Of a stretch of DNA of 64,000 bases, positions 47,381-57,840 are shown piece by piece. The notes under the pieces are model-generated. The model worked only from the letters and a program-made list of their open reading frames with translations, was not told the DNA's origin and ran no database searches. A program made the position numbers and the translations under genes. Within the stretch, counting starts at the first letter, position 1. Each line of letters begins with the position of its first letter. Origin of the DNA: Vampirovibrionales bacterium (lineage in GTDB: Bacteria > Cyanobacteriota > Vampirovibrionia > Vampirovibrionales > JAGQHJ01). The stretch is from assembly GCA_025449835.1 (NCBI GenBank), contig JANWIO010000166.1, forward strand, positions 18,967 to 82,966, given 5' to 3'.

Positions 47381-47968
47381 ATGGGACAATTCCCTTGGGC
47401 ACAGCGATTTTTAACCTTCAGCTTAATTGCGGGATGCCTCATGAATGTCGGTTTTTATTGCGCTCAAAACCACCAGCCCAAAGTGGTTCATCATATTTTA
47501 ATGGCTGCCTTTGGCCCCTTCCTGGATTCATCTTCAGAGGCACAAAATCCTTCTGTAAAAACAACGACCCCGGCCACCAACTATTTTATGGTTCCCCTCA
47601 AAAAAGATAACCGAGCCTTAATGTTGGACGCCACCTTAGATGATCAGGAAAATGCCACTTTAATCTTAGATACCGGCGCAACCTATACGGCTATCTCTCA
47701 GAGTCTTGCAAACCGATTGGGATATGATCTCACCACAGCGGATCGGGTAAACATTACAACCGCCAATGGCCAAGTTTCATTACCCAAAGTGGTTTTAAAA
47801 TCACTGACGTTAAATGGCTATACGGCCCATAACGTTGAAGCCACTGTTATGCCCCTTCCAAACAATGTCCCCTTCTCTGGATTACTGGGACTTAATTTTA
47901 TCCGCCAACACCGGATTACGATTGACGCAAAGGATCAAGACCTTGTCATCGAAGCAAAAGGGGCTTAG
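47381..47968 (+). CDS. Retropepsin-like (clan AA) aspartic protease, probable lipoprotein
   Basis: Lipobox-like LIAGC. Catalytic LILDTGATYTAIS motif. Confidence 0.7.
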   Translation: MGQFPWAQRFLTFSLIAGCLMNVGFYCAQNHQPKVVHHILMAAFGPFLDSSSEAQNPSVKTTTPATNYFMVPLKKDNRALMLDATLDDQENATLILDTGATYTAISQSLANRLGYDLTTADRVNITTANGQVSLPKVVLKSLTLNGYTAHNVEATVMPLPNNVPFSGLLGLNFIRQHRITIDAKDQDLVIEAKGA

Positions 47969-48123
47969 TAATCTAGCTATTTCACAGCGCTTTCAAATAA
48001 ACAACTCGCCAGTTGGGTAAACTTTGCAGACAATTCAATAGATTTATACCCTTTGAATCCCTCTCTGTCTGAAGTACAATAAACGGCATTCAATAGTGGA
48101 GCCTGTCAGCAGAGGGAATTATA

Positions 48124-49329
48124 ATGGTGTTAAAAACAATGCAAGAACGCTGTTCTGTGGAAGCCAATACCCGTTTAAAAAGTTTACCAACTTACGTTTT
48201 CGCCTGGTTAGACGAATTAAAAGAACAAGCCCGAAGCCGCGGAGCGGATTTGATTGATCTGGGGATGGGAAATCCAGATCAGCCCATGCCCAAACCCATT
48301 GTACAGGCCATTCAAAAGGCTTTTGAAGATCCCTCCAACCATGGTTACCCGGCCTTTAAAGGAAAAGACTCCTTTCGGCAAGCGGTTTCTAGCTGGATGA
48401 AAACACGTTACGGTGTTGAAATTGACCCAAAAACAGAAACCCTTTGCCTGAGCGGTTCAAAAGAAGGTTTGGCCCACCTCACCATGGCCTATATTGGCGA
48501 ACATGATGTTAGCCTTGTGCCCGAAATTTATTACCCAGTTCATAGCCGAGCCACCTGGCTGGTGGGCGGTGATGTTCACCACTTGCCCATGAAGGCTGAG
48601 AATGGCTTTCTACCCGATTTGAACAATATTCCAGCAAGCGTTTTGGAAAAAGCCCGACTCCTCTTCCTCAATTATCCCAATAACCCAACAGGTGCCGTGG
48701 CCAATATCGATTTTTATCAAAAAGCCGTTGCCTTTTGCAAACAGCACAACATTATTTTGGTGAGTGATTTGGCGTATGGCGAAATTACCTACGATGGTTA
48801 CGTGGCCCCCAGTATTTTTGAAGTTCCGGGTGCCAAAGATATTGCCATTGAGTTTCACTCTTTCTCCAAAAGCTTTAATATGGCAGGTGCCCGTATTGGT
48901 TTTGCAGTAGGTAATGCGGATATTATTCAAAATCTGTATGCCTTACGTACCAATGTTGGGTACGGTACCCCCTCTGCCCTTCAAGATGGTGCCGTTGCCG
49001 CATTAAACAATGGTCCTCTCTATTTAAAAGACATTGTTGCCACCTATAAAGAACGCCGAGATGTGGTGGTCAATGGCTTCAAATCATTGGGTTGGCCCGC
49101 TGAAGCCCCAAAAGCAACTTTATACGTGTGGCTGAAGGTTCCTAAAGGCTTTACCTCTCCGGAATGGACCCAGCATCTAATGGATACGGCAGACGTGGTT
49201 GTTTCTCCGGGCCATGCTTTTGGTACGGGAGGCGAAGGCTATTTTCGGGTCTCCTTGGTTTCACCAGTTGAAACCCTACAAAAAGCCATTGCCCGCTTGG
49301 AAGCCAATGGCATCCGGTACATTTCATGA
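48124..49329 (+). CDS. Class I PLP aminotransferase, LL-diaminopimelate aminotransferase (DapL)-like
   Basis: PLP-lysine motif HSFSKSFNMAGARIG; aminotransferase class I length and motifs. Confidence 0.7.
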   Translation: MVLKTMQERCSVEANTRLKSLPTYVFAWLDELKEQARSRGADLIDLGMGNPDQPMPKPIVQAIQKAFEDPSNHGYPAFKGKDSFRQAVSSWMKTRYGVEIDPKTETLCLSGSKEGLAHLTMAYIGEHDVSLVPEIYYPVHSRATWLVGGDVHHLPMKAENGFLPDLNNIPASVLEKARLLFLNYPNNPTGAVANIDFYQKAVAFCKQHNIILVSDLAYGEITYDGYVAPSIFEVPGAKDIAIEFHSFSKSFNMAGARIGFAVGNADIIQNLYALRTNVGYGTPSALQDGAVAALNNGPLYLKDIVATYKERRDVVVNGFKSLGWPAEAPKATLYVWLKVPKGFTSPEWTQHLMDTADVVVSPGHAFGTGGEGYFRVSLVSPVETLQKAIARLEANGIRYIS

Positions 49330-50327
49330 CGTCCCCGCACCAACATAAAACGTATTTGATTACCGGGGGTGCCGGATTTATTGGATCACATCTTTGCCGA
49401 ACCTTGTTAAATCAGGGTGCCCGGATGATTAACATTGATAACTATAATGATTTCTACGATCCCGCCTTAAAAGAGCATAACGTAAAGCCCTTTTTAACTA
49501 ATCCCGATCAGTTTATCGATAAACGGGTTGATATCCAAGATATTGAAGGCCTTTCAGAGGTGTTTCAACAGTGGGGTCCTCACATTGATCAGGTGATTCA
49601 TCTGGCTGCCCGGGCCGGGGTTCGACCATCCCTTAAAGAGCCTCGATTGTATTTAGAAACCAATGTGACTGGTACATTGAATCTGTTGGAATTGATGCGC
49701 ACCCATCAAATCCCTAAGATGGTTTTTGCCTCTTCCAGCTCTGTGTACGGCAGCCGGACCAACCCGCCCTTTCGGGAAGATGAAGATATCTCAAAACCCA
49801 TTTCGCCTTATGCTGCCACCAAAGTGATGGGTGAGAACCTGCTGTACACTTATAGTCACCTTTATCAAATCAACGTGGTGGCCTTACGATTCTTTACGGT
49901 ATATGGCCCTGGCCAACGTCCTGACTTAGCCATTCATAAATTTACCCGCATGATTGAACAAGGCAAGTCCATTCCGGTTTTTGGCGACGGCAGCTCTCAA
50001 CGTGATTACACCTATATTGAAGATATTCTTCAAGGTGTTTTAGGTGCCATGGACTATACCCAAAAGCAGTTTGATATTTTCAATCTGGGAGAATCCCAGC
50101 CTGTTAGGCTCATGAAGCTTATTGCACTTTTAGAAGAAGCCTTGGGGAAAAAAGCGCTATTGGATTACCACCCTATGCAACCGGGCGATGTCCCCCTGAC
50201 CTGTGCAGACATCTCCAAGGCCCAGCAATTTTTGGGCTATAATCCAGTAACGCCCATCACACAAGGACTCCATCAATTTGTGGATTGGTATCGTCATCAA
50301 GCACCCCAATCACTGTTGACCCCGTAA
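49326..50327 (+). CDS. NAD-dependent nucleotide-sugar epimerase (UDP-glucuronate/UDP-glucose 4-epimerase-like)
   Basis: GGAGFIGSHL Rossmann motif; YxxxK in ...SPYAATKVMGE. Translationally coupled upstream; followed by ugd. Confidence 0.85.
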   Translation: MTSPHQHKTYLITGGAGFIGSHLCRTLLNQGARMINIDNYNDFYDPALKEHNVKPFLTNPDQFIDKRVDIQDIEGLSEVFQQWGPHIDQVIHLAARAGVRPSLKEPRLYLETNVTGTLNLLELMRTHQIPKMVFASSSSVYGSRTNPPFREDEDISKPISPYAATKVMGENLLYTYSHLYQINVVALRFFTVYGPGQRPDLAIHKFTRMIEQGKSIPVFGDGSSQRDYTYIEDILQGVLGAMDYTQKQFDIFNLGESQPVRLMKLIALLEEALGKKALLDYHPMQPGDVPLTCADISKAQQFLGYNPVTPITQGLHQFVDWYRHQAPQSLLTP

Positions 50328-50366
50328 ATAGCACGTATTTCCAATGGCAAAGGAGGAAAACGCTTT

Positions 50367-51731
50367 ATGAAAGTCTGTATTATTGGTACCGGATATGTTG
50401 GATTGGTCACAGGTTCTGGCCTTGCCGAAATGGGAAATGATGTGATTTGTGTTGACAAAGATGAAGCCAAAATTGCAAAGCTTCAAGCGGGTGAGGTGCC
50501 AATTTATGAACCCGGGCTGGAAGAATTACTCCAATCCAACGTCAGAGAAGGTCGACTTCGATTTACCACCGACTTATCCACAGCTGTTAAATCCTGCGCT
50601 ATTTGCATGATCGCCGTCGGGACACCTCAAGATGATGATGGGGCTGCCGATCTGTCCTTCGTATTTGAAGTAGCCAAAGAAATTGCCCAGGCCATGAATG
50701 ATTATAAAGTCATTGCCACCAAAAGTACTGTGCCTGTGGGAACTGCTGATAACATTAAAGAAATTATCGCCTCCATCACAGAATATCCGTTTGCCGTTGT
50801 CTCCAACCCTGAGTTTTTAAAGCAAGGGGGCGCCGTAGAAGATTTTCTAAAACCAGATCGGGTTATTTTGGGGTCCGACGACAACCGGGCGGGTGATATG
50901 ATGCGGGAATTGTATGCGCCCTTCTTAAGAACTGGGAATCCTGTGATTTACATGGATATTCGCTCTGCTGAAATGACCAAGTATGTTGCCAATGCGTTTT
51001 TGGCCACCAAAATTTCCTTTATTAATGAAATGGCCAATCTCTGTGAAAAAGTAGGGGCCGATATCGGTGAGGTTCGTATTGGTATTTCAAGCGATCGCCG
51101 AATTGGACCACAATTTCTCTTTCCTGGTGTTGGCTATGGGGGGTCTTGTTTCCCGAAAGACGTAAAAGCATTGATTAAAACGGCTGAATCCTATGGCTAT
51201 TCAACTGGATTGCTGAAACAGGTGGATAGCATCAATCAACAGCAACGCGATATCTTTTTAAGTAAAATATTGGCTCATTTTGAAGGCAACATTACGGGTA
51301 AAACCTTTGGTGTTTGGGGGCTTTCATTTAAACCCCGTACCGATGATATGCGAGAAGCCCCGGCAAAAACCATTATCGAAGCCTTATTATCAAAAGGAGC
51401 CAAAATTCGAGCCTTTGATCCCAAAGCCATGGCAACTGCCAAACGGATTTTTGGAGACCGTATTTACTACGCATCAGGTGCTTACGATGCCTTAGAGGGA
51501 TCTGACGCCATGCTCCTTCTCACAGAATGGAACGAATTCCGTAGGCCCGATTTTGACCGGCTAAAGACACTTTTAAAAACACCCATTATCTTTGATGGTC
51601 GAAATCAATATGATTCAGACCGAATGGCAGCCAGAGGTTTTGACTACATCAGCATTGGAAAAACACCCTTACCGCCACAGCCTCAAAACCAGGAAAACAA
51701 TCTGGCCCCTTTTGAAAAAGAACCCGTCTAG
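50367..51731 (+). CDS. ugd: UDP-glucose 6-dehydrogenase
   Basis: MKVCIIGTGYVGLVTG, GEVPIYEPGLEEL, catalytic Cys region GGSCFPKDV. Confidence 0.9.
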   Translation: MKVCIIGTGYVGLVTGSGLAEMGNDVICVDKDEAKIAKLQAGEVPIYEPGLEELLQSNVREGRLRFTTDLSTAVKSCAICMIAVGTPQDDDGAADLSFVFEVAKEIAQAMNDYKVIATKSTVPVGTADNIKEIIASITEYPFAVVSNPEFLKQGGAVEDFLKPDRVILGSDDNRAGDMMRELYAPFLRTGNPVIYMDIRSAEMTKYVANAFLATKISFINEMANLCEKVGADIGEVRIGISSDRRIGPQFLFPGVGYGGSCFPKDVKALIKTAESYGYSTGLLKQVDSINQQQRDIFLSKILAHFEGNITGKTFGVWGLSFKPRTDDMREAPAKTIIEALLSKGAKIRAFDPKAMATAKRIFGDRIYYASGAYDALEGSDAMLLLTEWNEFRRPDFDRLKTLLKTPIIFDGRNQYDSDRMAARGFDYISIGKTPLPPQPQNQENNLAPFEKEPV

Positions 51732-52072
51732 AACCGATTTATCCGCCGGGGGCTTTTTTAAATTGTTAAAATTTGAAACACTTTTAACCAAAATCTGATC
51801 TTTAAAGCCTTATCTCAAGTAAAATAAGGTCTCTAAGTTTATTTTAGGGCTTACCCAGGGAGGATTATCATGTCACTCACACAAATTCGGTTTAGCCAAC
51901 ACCCAAAATCATTACCCACACCAGCTCCTCAAAAAAGCCATGCGAGTGTTTTGCTTGCATCGCTTCAGGGCGGTCAAGCACCCAAATTTGGATGCGGCTC
52001 TCACCCCACCTTTGCCTCCAATCTATTGAGCCCCTATGCTCCTAATGCAGGCCGTAAGCTTTCATACAAAGC

Positions 52073-52675
52073 CTAATTTTCGATCATAAATCGTAACGGT
52101 TCCGAGGCTGGAATTTTGGTTTCAGGTTGATTTTGCTTGCCGCAAAGAAAAAACGCTGCCTGAATTTGATATTCTCCCGGTTTCCAAAAAAGGACAGGGC
52201 TGGGTACCCGGTTTTTCAGATTAAAGATCACGCGATAATTTTGGCCTGGTGATAACGTGACATTTTTGATCGTAGATATCTCTTTCCGACTCAGTTGTAC
52301 CACCTCTGGCGGAATCTTTAGCTTGCCAGCCCCACCCCGATAGACTTCAACGCCAAAGTCTAACTCCGGCTGCTCACGGTTCAAGCATAGCGTCACAGGT
52401 TGTTGAGCCGTAAAATTTGCTTCAATGGGAATCTCCGCATTAGGGCCAAAAATATCCTGGGTAGTCGTGAGGGTAAACGTCACTGGCGCAGCGGGTTGTG
52501 TCGAATCTGTTGACTGAGGGGGCGTTGTCTGAGGCGAGCTTGAGGAAGAAGAGGCGGGCGGGGTCGAAATATTATTTTGCGCATTGGCCAATAAAGCACC
52601 CGATGAGACAATAGAAAGTATGATCAGCCCATAAGTAAAAGATTGAATTTTCATAATGCCCACTCCCGATATCAC
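52073..52675 (-). CDS. Secreted hypothetical protein with signal peptide and Ser/Pro/Thr-rich linker
   Basis: N-terminal hydrophobic signal (IILSIVSSGALLANA) followed by a low-complexity PST region. Confidence 0.45.
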   Translation of the reverse strand: MISGVGIMKIQSFTYGLIILSIVSSGALLANAQNNISTPPASSSSSSPQTTPPQSTDSTQPAAPVTFTLTTTQDIFGPNAEIPIEANFTAQQPVTLCLNREQPELDFGVEVYRGGAGKLKIPPEVVQLSRKEISTIKNVTLSPGQNYRVIFNLKNRVPSPVLFWKPGEYQIQAAFFLCGKQNQPETKIPASEPLRFMIEN

Positions 52676-53426
52676 ACTGACCTTATTGTATCAAGCCTCA
52701 CTGCTAGCACCCTACAGTGAAAAACTGATTCATGGGTTTACGGGCAAATCCGCCTCTTTTGGGGGACCTGATACTCCCCAAAATCGGAGAGAAACGGTTC
52801 TTTCAAACCGGCAAACGTTGCTAAATCAGTTGGGTATTTCCTCTCAAAAAGAATGGATCATTCCCCAACAGATCCATGGGCACCGTCTGGGGCGTACAGG
52901 AGATCAATCGTTCAGCCAAACCGATGGGATTCTCCTGCTTCATCCCCATCAACCTGTGATGTTACTCTTTGCTGACTGTGTTCCTATCTTATTCTATGAC
53001 CCAAGCCATCATGCGGGGGCCATTGTCCATGCCGGTTGGCGGGGAACATCTCAAAAAATTGTTGCCGAGGCCGTCATTGCCTTACAAAATTGCATTGGAT
53101 CAAACCCTCAAGAACTCATTGCTATCATTGGGCCAGCGATTGGACAGTGCTGTTTTCAGGTTTCTCTGGAAGTGGCACAAACCATCGCCCAATCCCAAGG
53201 GCTTTCTCTCAAAGAACTCCAACTCAAAGGCATCTTAGTCTGGGATCAAGACTATCCAGAGAACCCTAGGCTTGATTTAAAAGCCATGAATCGCATGCAA
53301 CTTATCGGTTCCGGGGTTCAACAGATTGAAACACTTCCCCACTGCACGCGTTGCCTGGAAGCGGAACTTTTTTCCTATCGGCGTGGTGAAGATGGCCGAA
53401 ACAGCGCCTTTATGATGCTGCAATAA
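52656..53426 (+). CDS. pgeF: Purine nucleoside phosphorylase/laccase-domain protein PgeF (YfiH, DUF152)
   Basis: HAGWRGT and CVPILFYD motifs. Confidence 0.8.
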   Translation: MPTPDITLTLLYQASLLAPYSEKLIHGFTGKSASFGGPDTPQNRRETVLSNRQTLLNQLGISSQKEWIIPQQIHGHRLGRTGDQSFSQTDGILLLHPHQPVMLLFADCVPILFYDPSHHAGAIVHAGWRGTSQKIVAEAVIALQNCIGSNPQELIAIIGPAIGQCCFQVSLEVAQTIAQSQGLSLKELQLKGILVWDQDYPENPRLDLKAMNRMQLIGSGVQQIETLPHCTRCLEAELFSYRRGEDGRNSAFMMLQ

Positions 53427-53431
53427 AACAT

Positions 53432-54085
53432 TTACTTCAAGGATGCCAGATAGTCCAAAACAAAAGGATTGGTCATGCGTTCTTGCCCAATAGTTGTGCT
53501 TGGGCCATGGCCCGGATAAACGATGGTTTCATCGGGAAGTGTCAGGATCTGAGTCTCAATAGAATCCATTAATTCTTGGAAATCACCTTTTGGAAAATCT
53601 GTTCTTCCAATAGAACCTGCAAAAATGGTATCTCCCGTAAATAAGAATGGTCCTTCTTTGACGTAATAACTAATGCCGCCAGGGGTATGACCGGGGCAAA
53701 AACGAACTTCCAAGGTAAAGTGATTGAGGGTGAAAATTTGCCCTGGTGTCACAAAGCCTGTTATCACCGGGGGCTCCGGAATAGGCATCTGAAACATTTG
53801 GGCTTGCATCGGCAAGGCTTCCACCCAAAATTGTTCTTCAGGATGCATCCAAGCCGGTAAATCCGGGTATGCCTGACGAATGGTCCCGTGGCCTTCCACA
53901 TGATCAATATGGGTATGGGTGTATAAAAGAAGCTTTAAATCCAAGGATTCAGTTGCAATCGCTTGCAGAATCGGCTCTGGATCTTTTCCCGTATCAATTA
54001 AAACGGCTTCTCGGGTATCGGTATCGTAAAGCAGGTAATTATGAACCTGAAAAGCTCCCAGTGTAAACGATTTTACCTTTAACAT
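53432..54085 (-). CDS. MBL-fold metallo-hydrolase (glyoxalase II-like)
   Basis: HTHIDHVEG metal-binding motif. Confidence 0.8.
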   Translation of the reverse strand: MLKVKSFTLGAFQVHNYLLYDTDTREAVLIDTGKDPEPILQAIATESLDLKLLLYTHTHIDHVEGHGTIRQAYPDLPAWMHPEEQFWVEALPMQAQMFQMPIPEPPVITGFVTPGQIFTLNHFTLEVRFCPGHTPGGISYYVKEGPFLFTGDTIFAGSIGRTDFPKGDFQELMDSIETQILTLPDETIVYPGHGPSTTIGQERMTNPFVLDYLASLK

Positions 54086-54096
54086 CTACTTAATTC

Positions 54097-56175
54097 CTAA
54101 GATTTTTCGGATGAAACCGAGTCGTGTTTAGGTTTTTGAGCATTCAACAGTTTTTGAATAATTTCAATCCGCTGCTTCGCTAAAGAAACATAACTCCCTG
54201 AAGGCGGGGCTTTTTCAACGTATTGCTGATATACCTGCATGGCTTGCTTCAGCTTTTTCTGCTTTTCTAGCGTAGTTCCCATCCCATAGTAGGTCTCTAA
54301 AAATTGCGGATCATCTTGGATGGCTTCTTTGTACTCTTTTAAGGATAAGTCTAACTGATCTTTTAAATTGTAGAGGCTTCCCAGATTATAATGAATCAAA
54401 GCATTATCTGGAGACTGGGTTTGAGCCATCTCATAGGCATGTTGCGCCCGTTCCAAGTCACCTATCTGGCGCCAGGCATTTCCATAGCCAATTAACATGG
54501 CTGAATCCGTGGGTTGTAACTCTAATGCCTTTTTATAATTGACGATGGCATTCCCATAATCTCCCAATGACTCATATACTTGGGCCAGCATTTTATAAGC
54601 ATCCACAAAGTCAGGATTATTTTTGACAATCCACCGTAAATTCTCCGTTGCCTGGATATAATTGCGTTGTTTAATATCGAGCTGGGCTTTATTGAGCCGT
54701 GCCACAAAATTTGCTGGATCTTTTTCTAAAACACTTTGATAGGTGGTATAGGCAACGTCATAATTTTGAAGTGCATACTGTGCATTGGCCATTCCCAGCA
54801 ACGCTGGGGTATTTTTCTCATTATCCAAAAGAAATGCATCCTGATAATGATTCATGGCCGTTTGATAATCTTTGTTTTTAAACGCCTGATCGCCTAACGC
54901 CAACAGCACCTGGCCCATATCTTTTTTCAGGAGGGGAGATTGTGGCGTTTGCGTCAGTAACTTACGGTAAAGCACCAAGGCTTTCTCATAATGACCTTGT
55001 TTATGATACGCCAAGGCCAAGTTTAAGCGGGTTTGATAGTTATCTTGAATGGCCAGAGACTTTTGATACGCCTGAATGGCATCCTCCAACTTCCCTTGCA
55101 TCTGATCCGCATAGCCCAGGTTCCGTAAAACAGCACCTTCAGAAGACGGATCCATTGATTTTGGCTGTTTTAAAGCGTCTTGATAAGTAGATTCTGCTAA
55201 ATCATAAGATTTTTTCTGAAGATACAGATTCCCTAAGCTTTTAGTAATTTGCGCATTGTCCGGGTGATATTTTAAATACGCTTTCAGCGCGTCAATGGCT
55301 TTATCTGGCTCATTTAAGGAGGATGCAATGTCTGCCATCTTGAGGTAAAGGCCATTTTTTTCATCTGGAGACAGTGCAATGGCATTTTGATACGCGTGGT
55401 ATGCGTCAGGCAGCCGATTTAACTTTTCATAGGCCATGCCTTCTTCTTCATATAACAACGGCGTTGGGGTTTTAATGGTTTTAAAAACCGACAAAGCCTT
55501 TTCGGACTGATCTGCGTTATTTAAAGCCACCCCATAGGCCAAGTTATCTTTGAATTTACTGGCATCCAACGCTTTTAAGTTTTTGTATGTTTCAGCCGCT
55601 TGGCTATAGTTTTTATTCACCAGCAGTAGGGCTGCCAGTTCCCGTTGAGCATCATAATGCTTGGGGTAGGATTTTAAAAAAATCTGATAATCGGCAATCG
55701 CTTGTGGGGAATCTTTAAGCGTTTTTTCCAACCGGGCCATGGGTAAGTACGCATAGGGATAATCAGGATTGCTGGCAACCAAGGCCTTATACTCTCCCAA
55801 GGCTTTATCAGATTGATTCTCCGCTTCATAGACCTGCGCAATAGAAAGATGAATCATTGTATCTTTGGGATTTAGCTGAAATGCATTTTTATAGAACTCA
55901 AGGGCTTCACCATATCGATTATCCCGCTCAACCAAGTATGCTAATTTAAGGTATGTTAGGCTATCATACGGATCCAGCCCAATTGCCAAACGATACTCCC
56001 GCTCTGCCCCACGAAAATCTTGAGATTTTTCGAGTTGAACACCTTTTTGGTAATGGCTGTAAGCATCAGGCGTCATTGCAGATGCTGGCAAAACAGCAAA
56101 AGTACCTGCCATAATTGATAGAATTATTGTAGAGAGAGCAATACGACGAATCACCATGGCTTGACCAAACTCCAC
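54097..56175 (-). CDS. Secreted multi-TPR repeat protein (692 aa)
   Basis: Signal peptide followed by more than 15 TPR units. Confidence 0.75.
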   Translation of the reverse strand: MEFGQAMVIRRIALSTIILSIMAGTFAVLPASAMTPDAYSHYQKGVQLEKSQDFRGAEREYRLAIGLDPYDSLTYLKLAYLVERDNRYGEALEFYKNAFQLNPKDTMIHLSIAQVYEAENQSDKALGEYKALVASNPDYPYAYLPMARLEKTLKDSPQAIADYQIFLKSYPKHYDAQRELAALLLVNKNYSQAAETYKNLKALDASKFKDNLAYGVALNNADQSEKALSVFKTIKTPTPLLYEEEGMAYEKLNRLPDAYHAYQNAIALSPDEKNGLYLKMADIASSLNEPDKAIDALKAYLKYHPDNAQITKSLGNLYLQKKSYDLAESTYQDALKQPKSMDPSSEGAVLRNLGYADQMQGKLEDAIQAYQKSLAIQDNYQTRLNLALAYHKQGHYEKALVLYRKLLTQTPQSPLLKKDMGQVLLALGDQAFKNKDYQTAMNHYQDAFLLDNEKNTPALLGMANAQYALQNYDVAYTTYQSVLEKDPANFVARLNKAQLDIKQRNYIQATENLRWIVKNNPDFVDAYKMLAQVYESLGDYGNAIVNYKKALELQPTDSAMLIGYGNAWRQIGDLERAQHAYEMAQTQSPDNALIHYNLGSLYNLKDQLDLSLKEYKEAIQDDPQFLETYYGMGTTLEKQKKLKQAMQVYQQYVEKAPPSGSYVSLAKQRIEIIQKLLNAQKPKHDSVSSEKS

Positions 56176-56589
56176 GTTGTGACTGCGGTTGCTTTATTAT
56201 ACTGCGAACCCAAAAAAAACTGTAGGCGGGTCACCTTTTCAACAACATCTCAGTGTAAATCTTAGCTAACTATTTTCAGCCTTTTATGGGCTCTAAAAAT
56301 CCCCCAACGCCTTCGCCTAGAACTGTTTATTGACGGGAATAAGCATCCGTTTAAAAGGCGTCATTTTGTCTAATTTATTAAAAAAATATTAATGGTGGCA
56401 AAAAACAGGCAATTTTTCATTTTGAATGTTTTTATTTATATACAACACCTTCCTCTTCACACACCCCTTATCTGTTTCAAGGCCTCTCACCTTAAAAAAC
56501 AGATTTTAAAAAAGTTAATCCCGACTCCCTTACTACCGGTTATCATCTGATCACTTATTCTACTCTCTTCTTTTGCACACTTTACTGGT

Positions 56590-56631
56590 ATCAAAAGGGG
56601 GATCTTCTGACCGCACTGAAGCATCCCCCTT
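56590..56631 (-). terminator. Intrinsic terminator of the 56674-57105 gene
   Basis: GGGGGAT-19 nt-ATCCCCC; on the minus strand it is followed by TTTTGATACC. Confidence 0.5.
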
Positions 56632-56673
56632 CCCGGTAAAGTGGTTATGGCTTTTCTACAAAAGGTTGGCAGG

Positions 56674-57105
56674 TTAGCGAATAAATAATTCCATATTAAA
56701 GTAACCCAAGTGGGTGTCTCCACTCCAAAGCTCATATAGCACTTCAATGAGGCCACCACTGGGCGTTAAAGCATAATCAAGCTTTTTGGTGAAATTACGG
56801 CAGATAATACTGCCCCCACCATAGAAAAATTGTGATGCAAGCCATTGATCCGGCGCAAAAGTTTGGCGACTATGAACATCCCCAATTTTGACCAGGGAAA
56901 GTGTATCGTTTCCAATTTTAACGGTGGTGGTTACCTTACGGCCATTCAGATGGCTATCATAAGCCAAAATATAGGTTTGACGATCGACTTGGTAAAGGGC
57001 CCCTTCAGCATCTTCTTCAATTTCAATCGGATCTAATCCATTCAAGCTTTGTGTTTGGCAGATATCTACCGAAACCAACCGTTTTAATTTCTTCAAATCA
57101 CTCAC
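56674..57105 (-). CDS. Hypothetical protein (143 aa)
   Basis: ORF with a downstream terminator. Confidence 0.4.
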   Translation of the reverse strand: MSDLKKLKRLVSVDICQTQSLNGLDPIEIEEDAEGALYQVDRQTYILAYDSHLNGRKVTTTVKIGNDTLSLVKIGDVHSRQTFAPDQWLASQFFYGGGSIICRNFTKKLDYALTPSGGLIEVLYELWSGDTHLGYFNMELFIR

Positions 57106-57276
57106 TGGAAAAATCCTCTTCTTCTACTTCTCTTAGGGGTGTGTGAGACCTTTGGTTTTATTCAGAACCTCTCAGTTTTTACGGTATCGGCAAAGATCAA
57201 AAAATATGTAGGAAAATCTCCTTCCTATTTTTGAAATGCGTGAGACACACCATTAAAAATAAGGGTTTCGTCCCGG

Positions 57277-57777
57277 TTATTTGTGGTAAGGTTCGTTGTT
57301 GGCAATCGTAAACGCTCGATAGAGCTGTTCTACCAAAATCAATCGAACCATTTGATGCGGAAAAGTGAGTGGAGAAAGAGAAATTGAGAATGACACCTTC
57401 TCAACAAGCTTTTCCGACGTGCCATAGGCTCCACCGATAATAAATATCATAGGGTCCCATCCCTCATGGTGGGGACCTCCATTGAGAGGATTTCCTCCTA
57501 AAAACCAATTTGAAAACGCATGAGAATCCAATAAGCGTCCTCGTTCACTTAAAAGCACCCGATTATCCCAACCCTCACAATGCTTTAAAATAGCCTGGGC
57601 TTCCTGCTCTAAAACCTGGGTAACTGTTCTTGTAGGGCTCGGTGGCACTTCCGGCACTTCAACCCACTCTATTTTCGCAAAGTGCGAAAGACGTTTTTGG
57701 TACAATTGAATACCCGTTTCAAGATATTTGGCCGACTGCTTGATTTTGCCAACCGCAACAATTCGGATGCTGCGCAT
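57277..57777 (-). CDS. rlmH: 23S rRNA (pseudouridine1915-N3)-methyltransferase RlmH (SPOUT)
   Basis: IRIVAVGKIK N-terminus and SPOUT knot region. Length 166 aa. Confidence 0.85.
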   Translation of the reverse strand: MRSIRIVAVGKIKQSAKYLETGIQLYQKRLSHFAKIEWVEVPEVPPSPTRTVTQVLEQEAQAILKHCEGWDNRVLLSERGRLLDSHAFSNWFLGGNPLNGGPHHEGWDPMIFIIGGAYGTSEKLVEKVSFSISLSPLTFPHQMVRLILVEQLYRAFTIANNEPYHK

Positions 57778-57840
57778 GGTATCCTCTTCATTGTAATATT
57801 GAGTTCCAGTGTACTGGCAGCAGAGAGGAGTAGCAAACCC

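Noticed and set aside
51870-52076. 68-aa ORF with a strong GGGAGG SD in the ugd / secreted-protein intergenic region
   Set aside because: It is low-complexity, Pro/Ser-rich and unconserved-looking, and overlaps the stop of the convergent 52073 gene. A small protein cannot be excluded, but the evidence is insufficient to call it.
57682-57840. 5' extension of the DUF1015 ORF overlapping rlmH on the opposite strand
   Set aside because: The DUF1015 consensus starts at MVTIRPFKG (57841), which has a strong SD. The extension is hydrophobic junk.
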